DNA of 63,336 nucleotides, the filler included, from Coriobacteriales bacterium (GTDB taxonomy: Bacteria; Actinomycetota; Coriobacteriia; Coriobacteriales; UBA8131): assembly GCA_031263105.1 (NCBI GenBank). It is 6 parts of 6 records of this genome, joined end to end, with 100 filler letters (N's around TTAATTAATTAA, not from the genome) between each part and the next. Parts side by side here need not be neighbours in the genome. Positions count along the whole stretch, not along the records: positions 30,935 to 49,288 come from JAISGJ010000121.1; 5 more parts are not named here. One strand, given 5' to 3'. A model generated the notes under the pieces. The model saw only the letters and a program-made list of their open reading frames with translations. It made no database searches and was not told where the DNA came from. The translations under genes and the position numbers were made by a program. Positions 38,470-46,349 of this stretch are shown here, one piece after another; position 1 is the first letter of the stretch; every line of letters begins with the position of its first letter.

Positions 38470-39879
38470 TTACTTTGTACTGTACGCATCCGCAAGCGCC
38501 AAAAGGGCATCACGGAAGCATTCCCATGGAGGATTGACGAGTCCGGCCCCCACCTGGCCGATGCCGGCCTTGCGATGGGCGATGCCCGTGTTGATCTGTG
38601 GCAAGGTGTCCTTCTCTACGACCGTGCGCACGTCGATGCCGGTCGGGTTGCCCCTGAAACCGAGCACCGGAATGGAGAAGACCGTGCTCTCGCCGACGGT
38701 GATGGTGTACATGCGCTCCGAATACCGGATGGCGTCGGCGGCCTGTCCGCCGACGAACTGCACGATGGCGATGCTTGCCGCCATGGCAAAGCCGCCGAGG
38801 CCCACGGTCTCGGTGATGGCGCTGTCCCCCATGTCGGGGTTCTTGTCGGCATCGGTGAATCCGGGGAAGAGCAGGCCTTTGACCTCTTCTGCGGGGCCGG
38901 TGAACCATCGGTTCCCCAAACCTGCCACCCGTATGCCGAAGTCGGTGCCGTTGCGGCTCATGCAGGTGACCACGGTGCTCTTCTCCACGCCGCTGGCCGC
39001 GTCGAGCATGGCCTTGGAGCAGGCCATGGAGAGATTGAGGAAGAAGTGGTCGTTGGAGTTGATGAACTCGAGCACCTCGATGCGCTCGCTGGCGTCGATG
39101 TCCGCCTTGAGCACGAAGGGCAGGATCTCCCTGATGAAGAGCGAGGTCGCGGCCTTGTTGCGGTTGTGCACCTCGTCGCCCATATGCAGGGCCTGGGCGA
39201 TGATCGACTTGACGTCGATGCCGGGGGAGAGCTCGACGGCCTTCTTGACCGCAGGCGCCAGCACGTCGCGCATCCACCTGAGGCGCACAAGCACCTCTTC
39301 GCTGTAGGCGCCGAAACGCAGCACCTTGCCGAGGCCCTCGTTCATGGTCGCATAGGAGCGGTTGCCGCCCTGCCTGTTCTCCAGGATGAAGACCGGCATG
39401 GAGGGGGTGATGACACCGGCCATGGGCCCCACGGCGTCATGCTCGTGGCAGGGCCCGAACCGTATGGTGCCGCTGGCCGCAAGCGCCTCGGCCTCCTCGA
39501 CGGTCTGGGCACGCCCCTCGAACAGCAGGCCGCCGACGATGGCTCCGCGCAGGGGGCCGCACATACGCTCCCAGGCAATCGGCGGGCCGGCGTGCAGGAC
39601 GGTGTCGGGCGTCATGCCCGGCAAGGTCTCCAGCGCCGTGCCGACCCCGACCAACAGGGGCTGGGCGGCATTGATGCGTTGCAGGGCCTCCAGGTTGGCG
39701 GCATCGACGTCGTCCTGCATGAGGACGTCCACGGCATCCAGCAGCTGCTTGTCGCCACGTGCGGCAGGTTTCCAGGCGAGGTTGACGGCATCGACGCCCT
39801 GGCTTTCCAGGTCGTCATAGAAATCCTTGCTGCCCAGGTTGACGGCCTTGATCTCGGCTCCGAACAGGTCGCGAATCAT
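38470..39879 (-). CDS. DUF1116 protein (YlbE/AllG/YahG-like)
   Basis: LHAGPP, PCHEHDAVGPMAG, NEGLGKVLRFGA, MGDEVHNRN, GDSAITE, INTGIAH. Confidence 0.9.
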   Translation of the reverse strand: MIRDLFGAEIKAVNLGSKDFYDDLESQGVDAVNLAWKPAARGDKQLLDAVDVLMQDDVDAANLEALQRINAAQPLLVGVGTALETLPGMTPDTVLHAGPPIAWERMCGPLRGAIVGGLLFEGRAQTVEEAEALAASGTIRFGPCHEHDAVGPMAGVITPSMPVFILENRQGGNRSYATMNEGLGKVLRFGAYSEEVLVRLRWMRDVLAPAVKKAVELSPGIDVKSIIAQALHMGDEVHNRNKAATSLFIREILPFVLKADIDASERIEVLEFINSNDHFFLNLSMACSKAMLDAASGVEKSTVVTCMSRNGTDFGIRVAGLGNRWFTGPAEEVKGLLFPGFTDADKNPDMGDSAITETVGLGGFAMAASIAIVQFVGGQAADAIRYSERMYTITVGESTVFSIPVLGFRGNPTGIDVRTVVEKDTLPQINTGIAHRKAGIGQVGAGLVNPPWECFRDALLALADAYSTK

Positions 39880-41429
39880 CGTTGCCCCCCTTCTGTCGGC
39901 AGGGCCCGTGCGGCCAGGCGGGCGGCGCGGATATTGCTTACGCTCACTGTCATGCCGGCATCGAGCAGCCTGTTGCACTGGGCGTCAAGGCCCTGGGGGT
40001 CGCCTGCCGTGCCGATCACCGAGGCGATCCAGAGCACGGTGCGGCCCTCTTCCTTGAGGCGCGCGTTGGCCTCGTCCACCGCCTGGGCAAGGATGCCGGC
40101 CGGGTCGGGGTGCGACCCGTAGCCGAGCTCGAGGTCGACGAACATGACGGCGGTCTCGGGGTCGAGCGCGTCCTGGACGATGCGCTTGTTGCGAAGCGAC
40201 GGGTCTATCATCGGATGCGGCTTGCCACGGGTGAAGTAGTCGTCGCCCATATCGATGAAGGTGTTGCCGACGCTTCGGTGCACGTCCTGTAGGCGCTCGT
40301 CGTCCGAGAGCGGGATATTGCTCCGTATCGACAGGCCCGACCCGCGAAAATACACCATGGCCTCGTCACAGACCGTGCCGCCGCAGAAGATGCCGCGGAC
40401 GAAGCGCTGCGAGGGCGCGAGGGCGGCGAGGAGTGCGGGGACGCGCTCCTCCCGGTAAAAGGGGTCGATGAGCTCGGGGGCGCTGCCGCTGGAGAGGCGC
40501 ACCGCCGCAGCCGCGGTCTCCTCCAAGGTGCCGGCCAGCTCGATGGCGCCCAGGTCGGCGTTGGGCTCACGGCCGAGCAGGCAGAGCACAACGGGCTTGC
40601 CGATGCCCCTGGCGGCCTCGAGCACCTTGTCGGCGACGTCGGGGGCCGGCGGCTTCGAGAGCACCACCACCACCCGCGTGGCCTCGTCGCGTCCCAGGGC
40701 ATCGAGGGCCGCCAACATGGTGCGCCCGCCCACAGCCGACGAAAGGTCCCTGCCGCCGACGCCGATGGCCTGGGTGATGCCGCCTCCCATCGCGTCGATG
40801 AGCTGGGTCACCTGCTGCAGGCCCGTGCCCGAGGCGGCGACGATGCCGATGTCGCCCGAGCGGACCACGTTCGCAAAGCCGAGGGCCCGACCGTTGAGGA
40901 TGGCGGTGCCGCAGTCCGGCCCCATCATCAGGAGGCCCTTTTGGCCGGCCAGCTCCTTGAGGCGCACCTCCTCCTCGATCGTGACGTTGTCGCTGAAGAG
41001 GAACACGTTGATGCCTCGGCGCAGCGCGCTTTGGCACTCGTGCGCGGCGTAGGCGCCGGGCACCGAGACGACGGCCATATTGAAGCCCTCGTCCAGCTCG
41101 GCGACCTGGTCGATGTGCTCGAAGACCGTCGCCCCTGCGTCTTCGCGTCCGGCCTTCTTCCTGCTCATGCCCTGCTCGATCGCTTCGAGCGCACGGTCTG
41201 CGGCGGCCTTGTCCGTCGCGACGACCGCGATGAGAAGGTCGTTCGGCGTTGCAGCACGGACCGCGTCCGTGACCGCCCCCATATGTGCCAAAAGCTCCAG
41301 GTTCAGATCGGTCGCCATGCCCACCAGGACGTCCTCGATGCCCTCCAGGGCCGAGACGTCGTTGGACAGGCGCATCAGGCTCACCGAGTCCGAGTACTGG
41401 TTGGGCTTTACAAGCGTTACCTTATGCAA
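39876..41429 (-). CDS. fdrA: FdrA-family protein (AllF/YahF-like, succinyl-CoA synthetase-like fold)
   Basis: YSDSVSLM, SVPGAYA, FSDNV, MGPDCGT, ASGTGLQ, GKPHPMIDP; TTG start after GGAGG. Confidence 0.92.
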   Translation of the reverse strand: MHKVTLVKPNQYSDSVSLMRLSNDVSALEGIEDVLVGMATDLNLELLAHMGAVTDAVRAATPNDLLIAVVATDKAAADRALEAIEQGMSRKKAGREDAGATVFEHIDQVAELDEGFNMAVVSVPGAYAAHECQSALRRGINVFLFSDNVTIEEEVRLKELAGQKGLLMMGPDCGTAILNGRALGFANVVRSGDIGIVAASGTGLQQVTQLIDAMGGGITQAIGVGGRDLSSAVGGRTMLAALDALGRDEATRVVVVLSKPPAPDVADKVLEAARGIGKPVVLCLLGREPNADLGAIELAGTLEETAAAAVRLSSGSAPELIDPFYREERVPALLAALAPSQRFVRGIFCGGTVCDEAMVYFRGSGLSIRSNIPLSDDERLQDVHRSVGNTFIDMGDDYFTRGKPHPMIDPSLRNKRIVQDALDPETAVMFVDLELGYGSHPDPAGILAQAVDEANARLKEEGRTVLWIASVIGTAGDPQGLDAQCNRLLDAGMTVSVSNIRAARLAARALPTEGGQR

Positions 41430-42511
41430 GACTCACCTCCGTTGTTCCAAGCCCGCTCGCGAGGTTGCTGCTCACGCCCACTGTCATTCCGAGCGGAGGG
41501 GGCGAAGCCCCGCAGCCGAGGAATCTTTGGCTGCGAAGCAGCCGACTGCGGGCAGAGGCGCCCCCCGACCGCAGTTGATCGCTTCGCGATCAAAGATTCC
41601 TCGACAGGCTCGGAATGACAGTGGGTGCAACTAGTGACCTCGCGAGAGATGGGCTCTCGTTCCCTCTCGCTCACGCTCCGTTGTAGCGCGAGCCACATGC
41701 CAAAGACGGTGCAGGCTCCGCTGGACGCCCCGACCGCAGCCAGGCGGCGCAGGGAGCAGAGCAGGTTCTCGCTGCTGAGCCCGCAGACGACGGCCAGGAC
41801 GCGCTGGAGCGTCTCGTGGTAGTCGGCCTCCAGGGCATTCTGCAACAGCTGCCTGGAGAGCGTCGTCGTCCGTGCGAGGCCGCCCGCAACTGCCGCATGC
41901 ATCGCCTGCGTCCAAGCAGGGTCGTGCCCCACATGGGCGTCCATGGCAAGGTAGCCGAGCAGGACGTCGTCGCCGGCGGGCGTCAGCCCGGGGCCGAGCC
42001 CGATCAGGCGGGTCGCCGTCCGAGGCGTAAGGGAGCTGTTGCCATGCGGTGCCCCGGCCAAGCTCCGCGCCGCATCGGGAAGCGCCCTCTGCACCGCCTC
42101 GGGGATCTCCAGGCGGCACATCGCATCCGCAAAGGCCGCAAGGCTTCGGGGGGTCGGCGTGGCACGCGCGTGGGGCGGCAGCGGGCCCTCCCAAAGCGGC
42201 ACGCCTTCAAGGCCGACCCTCGTCCCGTCCGCCGCCGCGCCCCTCGCAGCGCCCCTCGCCGCACCTATCACGAGCGCCGTGCGGGCGAACCGCAGGCCGT
42301 CTCCCACAGCCACGCGCGGCAACCTGTTCAGGCACAGGAAACGGGACGAGCCCCCGGCCTGCGGCAACGCCAAGGCCAGGAGCTCGTCTCTCACAGTCAG
42401 ATTGACGACCTTCTCGTGAACGCTCAGCACGCGTGCCGAGCCCTGCTGCAGGCAGCAGCGCGCGAAGCGCGCTCCCACGCTCAAGGCTCGGATGTCGTGT
42501 CGGGCGGACAT
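41417..42511 (-). CDS. DUF2877 protein (YlbF/AllH/YahE-like) with a 61-aa element-derived insert
   Basis: LIGLGPGLTPAGDDVLLG, TTTLSRQLL, VGASSG; ORF stays open through the element. Confidence 0.88.
   Translation of the reverse strand: MSARHDIRALSVGARFARCCLQQGSARVLSVHEKVVNLTVRDELLALALPQAGGSSRFLCLNRLPRVAVGDGLRFARTALVIGAARGAARGAAADGTRVGLEGVPLWEGPLPPHARATPTPRSLAAFADAMCRLEIPEAVQRALPDAARSLAGAPHGNSSLTPRTATRLIGLGPGLTPAGDDVLLGYLAMDAHVGHDPAWTQAMHAAVAGGLARTTTLSRQLLQNALEADYHETLQRVLAVVCGLSSENLLCSLRRLAAVGASSGACTVFGMWLALQRSVSEREREPISREVTSCTHCHSEPVEESLIAKRSTAVGGRLCPQSAASQPKIPRLRGFAPSARNDSGREQQPRERAWNNGGESCIR
41464..41638. mobile_element. Palindromic element copy 9, in frame inside DUF2877, with 8-bp TSD
   Basis: CTCGCGAG at 41456-41463 and 41639-41646; 175+8=183 nt=61 codons. 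Confidence 0.92.
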
Positions 42512-42518
42512 CGAGGGG

Positions 42519-42863
42519 TCACACGGCGGAAGGCTCGACGATAAAGCCGTAGTAGTCTTTGCCGACGCCTTCTTTGACGACGCCTACCGCAGAGGTCGCC
42601 TCCTCGCCGATAAAGGGCTTCTCGTCGTCTATCTGTACCGACACGATCAGCCCGGTCTCCTCGAACCTGACGATGGCGAAACACAGGTAGGGCTTCATAT
42701 AGCCCTCGGGGAGGTTGTAGACCTTGGTCCACGTAAGCACCGTGGCCTTGCCCTCAAGCTGCTCCTCCGTGAACTCCGTATTGCCGCACGTGCGGCACAC
42801 GAGGTGCCGGGGATGATGCAACTCACCACATTCTGTGCAGCGATAAGCATGCATTTCCATCAT
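42519..42863 (-). CDS. DUF35-type Zn-ribbon/OB-fold protein (thiolase partner)
   Basis: CTECGELHHPRHLVCRTCG then OB-fold GKATVLTWT; directly after a thiolase. Confidence 0.88.
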   Translation of the reverse strand: MMEMHAYRCTECGELHHPRHLVCRTCGNTEFTEEQLEGKATVLTWTKVYNLPEGYMKPYLCFAIVRFEETGLIVSVQIDDEKPFIGEEATSAVGVVKEGVGKDYYGFIVEPSAV

Positions 42864-42865
42864 GC

Positions 42866-44065
42866 TCACCTTTCTTTCTCAGTGGTCAGGATGATCGACA
42901 CCACGTTGTTCCCAAAACCACCGAAATTCGTCGTGAGGCCGGTCTTTGCGCCTTCGACCTGTCGGCCGTCGGCCTCTCCACGGAGCTGGCGCACGATCTC
43001 CACCACCTGGGAGACGCCTGTGGCGCCAACCGGATGGCCCTTGGCCTTGAGGCCGCCGGAGGTGTTGAGGGGCATCTCGCCTCCGATGCGCGTCTTGCCC
43101 TCGCGAGCGGCAAGGTGGCCCTCGCCACGGGGGAAGAACCCGACCTCCTCGCTCTCGACGATCTCAAGGATCTGGAAGGCGTCGTGCAGCTCGGCGACGT
43201 CGATGTCCTGGGGCCCCATGCCGGCCATCTCGTAGGCGATGCGCGCGCTCTCGCGCACCGCGAAAAGGTCCAGCGGGTCGGGGCGCTCGGCCACGACGTG
43301 GGTGTCGGTGGCTTGGCCCACGCCGGCGATACGTACCGGCTCATGGGAGAACTTGCGGTCCGTGTCCATCGCGGTGAGCACCAGGGCGGCGGCGCCGTCG
43401 CTCATGGGGCAGGTGGCATACACGCGCAGGGGATCCGCGACGTAGGGGTTGATGACGCCTGCGTCCTCGTCTTCGGTGATGGCATGCAGGTCGGGCACCA
43501 GGTGGATATGGGCGACGGGGTTGAGCATGGCGTTCTCGTGGTTCTTGACCGCGACGATGGCGAGGTCCTTCTCCGTGGAGCCGTACTTCTCCATGTGCAG
43601 GCGCGTGAACATGCCCGCAAAGGCCGGCAGGGTGAGCCCGTAGGGATACTCGGCCTCCGGGTGCAGCATCGTTGCAACGAAGTCCGTGCTCTCCCAGCCG
43701 CTGAGCACGCGCATCTGCTCGGCACCGACGACCAGCACCGTGTCGACCAGGCCGCTGGCGATGGCCATGTAGGCGATCTTGACAGCGGAGGCGCCGGAGG
43801 CGGGGCCGTTCTCTATGGTCTCTGCCATGGCAGGGCGCAGGTTCAAGGTGTCGACCAGCGCCGAGGCGGCACCGGAGAGCTTGTTGACCTGCCCTACGCC
43901 CATCGAGGCGAGGAACACCTGGTCGATGCCGTGCTTTCCGGCAGCCAGGTCGATGCCCGCATCGTGCAGGGCCTCGATCGCCGCAGCGCCGGCCATGTCG
44001 AGAAAGGTTCCATTGAAGCGGCCGAACTTGGTGTGGCCGACACCGACAACGCCGACTTCTCTCAT
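42866..44065 (-). CDS. Thiolase-fold protein (SCP2/archaeal type) lacking the nucleophilic Cys
   Basis: GVGHTKFG, ENGPASG, CPMSDGAAA, ELHDAF, NTSGGLKAKGHPVGATG; RBS AGGAGG. Confidence 0.9.
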   Translation of the reverse strand: MREVGVVGVGHTKFGRFNGTFLDMAGAAAIEALHDAGIDLAAGKHGIDQVFLASMGVGQVNKLSGAASALVDTLNLRPAMAETIENGPASGASAVKIAYMAIASGLVDTVLVVGAEQMRVLSGWESTDFVATMLHPEAEYPYGLTLPAFAGMFTRLHMEKYGSTEKDLAIVAVKNHENAMLNPVAHIHLVPDLHAITEDEDAGVINPYVADPLRVYATCPMSDGAAALVLTAMDTDRKFSHEPVRIAGVGQATDTHVVAERPDPLDLFAVRESARIAYEMAGMGPQDIDVAELHDAFQILEIVESEEVGFFPRGEGHLAAREGKTRIGGEMPLNTSGGLKAKGHPVGATGVSQVVEIVRQLRGEADGRQVEGAKTGLTTNFGGFGNNVVSIILTTEKER

Positions 44066-44078
44066 AAGATCGTTCCTC

Positions 44079-44744
44079 CTACTTCGTTTGGGCGTAACCC
44101 GACGGGAGGCGCGCAGGGATGTTCGCAGCCAACAGCTCGTCCGGCACAGGCCTGCGACCGGTGCACTTGACGGCCTTGTGCTTCTCCCAAAGCTCCTTGG
44201 TGAGCACATAGGTCGGCACGCCGCCGAGCTCGTGCCAGACCTCGGGACGGGACTCCAGCTCGTACTCGATCATCCAACGCTTGAAGCCGTTGGGGGACTC
44301 GGCCACCACCAAGACCTCCTCCTGGTTCAAGAAGTCGAAATGGTACTCCATCTTTGCGGCGAAGAGCTGGGCGCCGATGCGCAGGCCCTGGCGGATGGCC
44401 ATCGTGTGATAGCTCATGCCGGTCTTGTCGTCCACGCTGCGGCCGTTGACCAGGCCGACGATCTCGCCGTTGATGGTGCCGAGAAAGACGTACTCGTCCT
44501 TGACGCGGTACCGCATGTAGCCGAGGACCTCGGCATAGATGCGCGAGGCGACGATGTCGTAGAAGTCCTTCTCGACCGTCATCAAGGGCTGCACGGCGTC
44601 GAGCACGATTCCGCATTCCTCACGGGAGATCTGGCGGACCACCATCTTCTCGCCGCTTGCCAAGGTTATGAATTTTGCGGGATACGGCTCCATCGTGCTT
44701 TCGGGCGGACGCAGCTCCTGTTCCATCTTGTCTATGAGCGCCAT
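44079..44744 (-). CDS. GNAT-like (putative N-acetyltransferase fold) protein
   Basis: FLGTINGEIVG strand; RQGLRIGAQL resembles the acyl-CoA binding motif A; first gene of the operon. Confidence 0.65.
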   Translation of the reverse strand: MALIDKMEQELRPPESTMEPYPAKFITLASGEKMVVRQISREECGIVLDAVQPLMTVEKDFYDIVASRIYAEVLGYMRYRVKDEYVFLGTINGEIVGLVNGRSVDDKTGMSYHTMAIRQGLRIGAQLFAAKMEYHFDFLNQEEVLVVAESPNGFKRWMIEYELESRPEVWHELGGVPTYVLTKELWEKHKAVKCTGRRPVPDELLAANIPARLPSGYAQTK

Positions 44745-44915
44745 CAAATTCACCTTTCTCTCGAGCTCGTTCTTGGGCACTTCCGGTCTTTGGTTCCGGG
44801 CCGGTCGCAGCATTGCTTCCGACCTTATGCGAACCTTATGCGAAGTGTACGTTTTCAGCCGCCGAGGCGGCAATAGGAGAGACTCCAAAAACTCATGGCG
44901 TCTGCCGTGTGGCCC

Positions 44916-44931
44916 TTGTGCAATGGCACAA
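44916..44931. promoter_or_regulatory. Palindromic operator, probable CdaR/PucR-family site
   Basis: TTGTGC-AATG-GCACAA between the divergent regulator and the operon. Confidence 0.65.
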
Positions 44932-45018
44932 TTCTGTTACCATGGCGTTAATCAACGTCGGCTCCATCGAGCCGCCGAGCCCAGATCATCGCGCCTCCAA
45001 GGAAGAAGGGGTGAGGCC

Positions 45019-46161
45019 ATGGGGATCACTCATGAGCTTGCACAACCGATAGTCAGCCATCTTGGGGAGGTCCTTGACTGTCCCATAAGCATCACGGACT
45101 CGAAGGGGATCATCGTCGCCTCCAGCGACAGCAAAAGACTCAACACCCGCCACGAGGCCGCCCTCGAGGCCATCGCCAACCGGAGCGAGCTCAAGGTCTC
45201 CGAGGAGATGGCCCTCGACTACAGCAATACGCTCGAAGGCATCACCCTGCCCCTGATCCTGCACAAGAGCTGCGTGGGCGCGCTCTGCCTCAAAGGCAGG
45301 CCGGAGGAGCTGAACGCCCACGCCTCCATCATCAGCATTGCGGTGACCTCGCTGTTGGAGACGGCGGAGATAACCCATCGGGCGAGCACCCGCCAAAACA
45401 TGATGGACGCCTGGGTCAAGGACCTCACCAACTCCTCCGACGAGGACTACGAGCAGATCGTCGTGCAGGCAGGCATCCTCGGAATCGACTGCCAGAAGCC
45501 GAGCGCGCTTGTGGTCGTCCGCTTCAACCCGGTGGCCCAGGTCGAGCTGCCTGCCCTCAAGACGACCATCGCCGAGGTCGCGCATGCCGGCCCGGGCCTG
45601 CAGTTCCTCTCCTATACGGGGCAGGGGCACTTTGTCTGCGCCCTTCCCGTGGCAGACTTCGGGGGCGAGACCGAGCTGCATGAGGCCTGCGGGCTCCTCG
45701 TTCAGAGGCTCGCCTGCTTCAAGCTCCGTTTCCATATCGGCGTCGGTCGCCGGGGCAGCGGCATACAGGGGTACCGCCAGAGCTACCACGATGCCCTCCA
45801 CGGCGTCCGCGTGGCCGAGCGCCTCGGTGACGCCAAGCATGTCCTCTACTATAACGAGCAGCGCATCTTCAGGCTTTTGGAGGGCGTGCCCGACTACCTT
45901 CGCGAGGTCTTCATCGACACCCAGGCCGAGGACCGGAACTGGGACCCCGTGCTCCTCGAGACCTTGCAGACCTATTTTGCCATGGACCGCCGCATCAACG
46001 AGACGGCCCGTGCGCTCTACATCCACCGCAACACCCTGCTCTTCAGGCTCAACAAGATCGCCGACACCTACCGTCTCGACCCGCGCAAGTTCCATGACGC
46101 AGTGGTGCTGCAGACGCTGCTGTATCTGATTCGGCTGTCCCTGGATACGGCGGAATCGTAA
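45019..46161 (+). CDS. CdaR/PucR-family transcriptional regulator
   Basis: N-terminal ISITDSKGIIVASSD..RLNTRHEAA; C-terminal ETARALYIHRNTLLFRLNKI HTH. Confidence 0.92.
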   Translation: MGITHELAQPIVSHLGEVLDCPISITDSKGIIVASSDSKRLNTRHEAALEAIANRSELKVSEEMALDYSNTLEGITLPLILHKSCVGALCLKGRPEELNAHASIISIAVTSLLETAEITHRASTRQNMMDAWVKDLTNSSDEDYEQIVVQAGILGIDCQKPSALVVVRFNPVAQVELPALKTTIAEVAHAGPGLQFLSYTGQGHFVCALPVADFGGETELHEACGLLVQRLACFKLRFHIGVGRRGSGIQGYRQSYHDALHGVRVAERLGDAKHVLYYNEQRIFRLLEGVPDYLREVFIDTQAEDRNWDPVLLETLQTYFAMDRRINETARALYIHRNTLLFRLNKIADTYRLDPRKFHDAVVLQTLLYLIRLSLDTAES

Positions 46162-46178
46162 AAGGGGTTACTCACTCG

Positions 46179-46224
46179 TAAAGGGGGGAGGAAGCGAAAG
46201 GGGTTTCGCTTCCTCCCCCCTTTA
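46179..46224. terminator. Strong hairpin between convergent genes (probable bidirectional terminator or REP)
   Basis: TAAAGGGGGGAGGAAGCGAAA-GGGG-TTTCGCTTCCTCCCCCCTTTA. Confidence 0.7.
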
Positions 46225-46349
46225 GAACCCCCCTCCATCACTTTCGGCCTTGGGCGCGGGCTGCGCTCGCTGCGCTCGCGCTACGCGCCTTGGTCGTGGC
46301 GGGGTGCGGGGTCGCGGAGGGCGGCGCTGTGCGCCTTGGGGAGAGGCTG

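Noticed and set aside
25728..46161. One continuous purine/pyrimidine island
   Set aside because: A spacer at 30835-30934 separates the two operons, so adjacency is not established.
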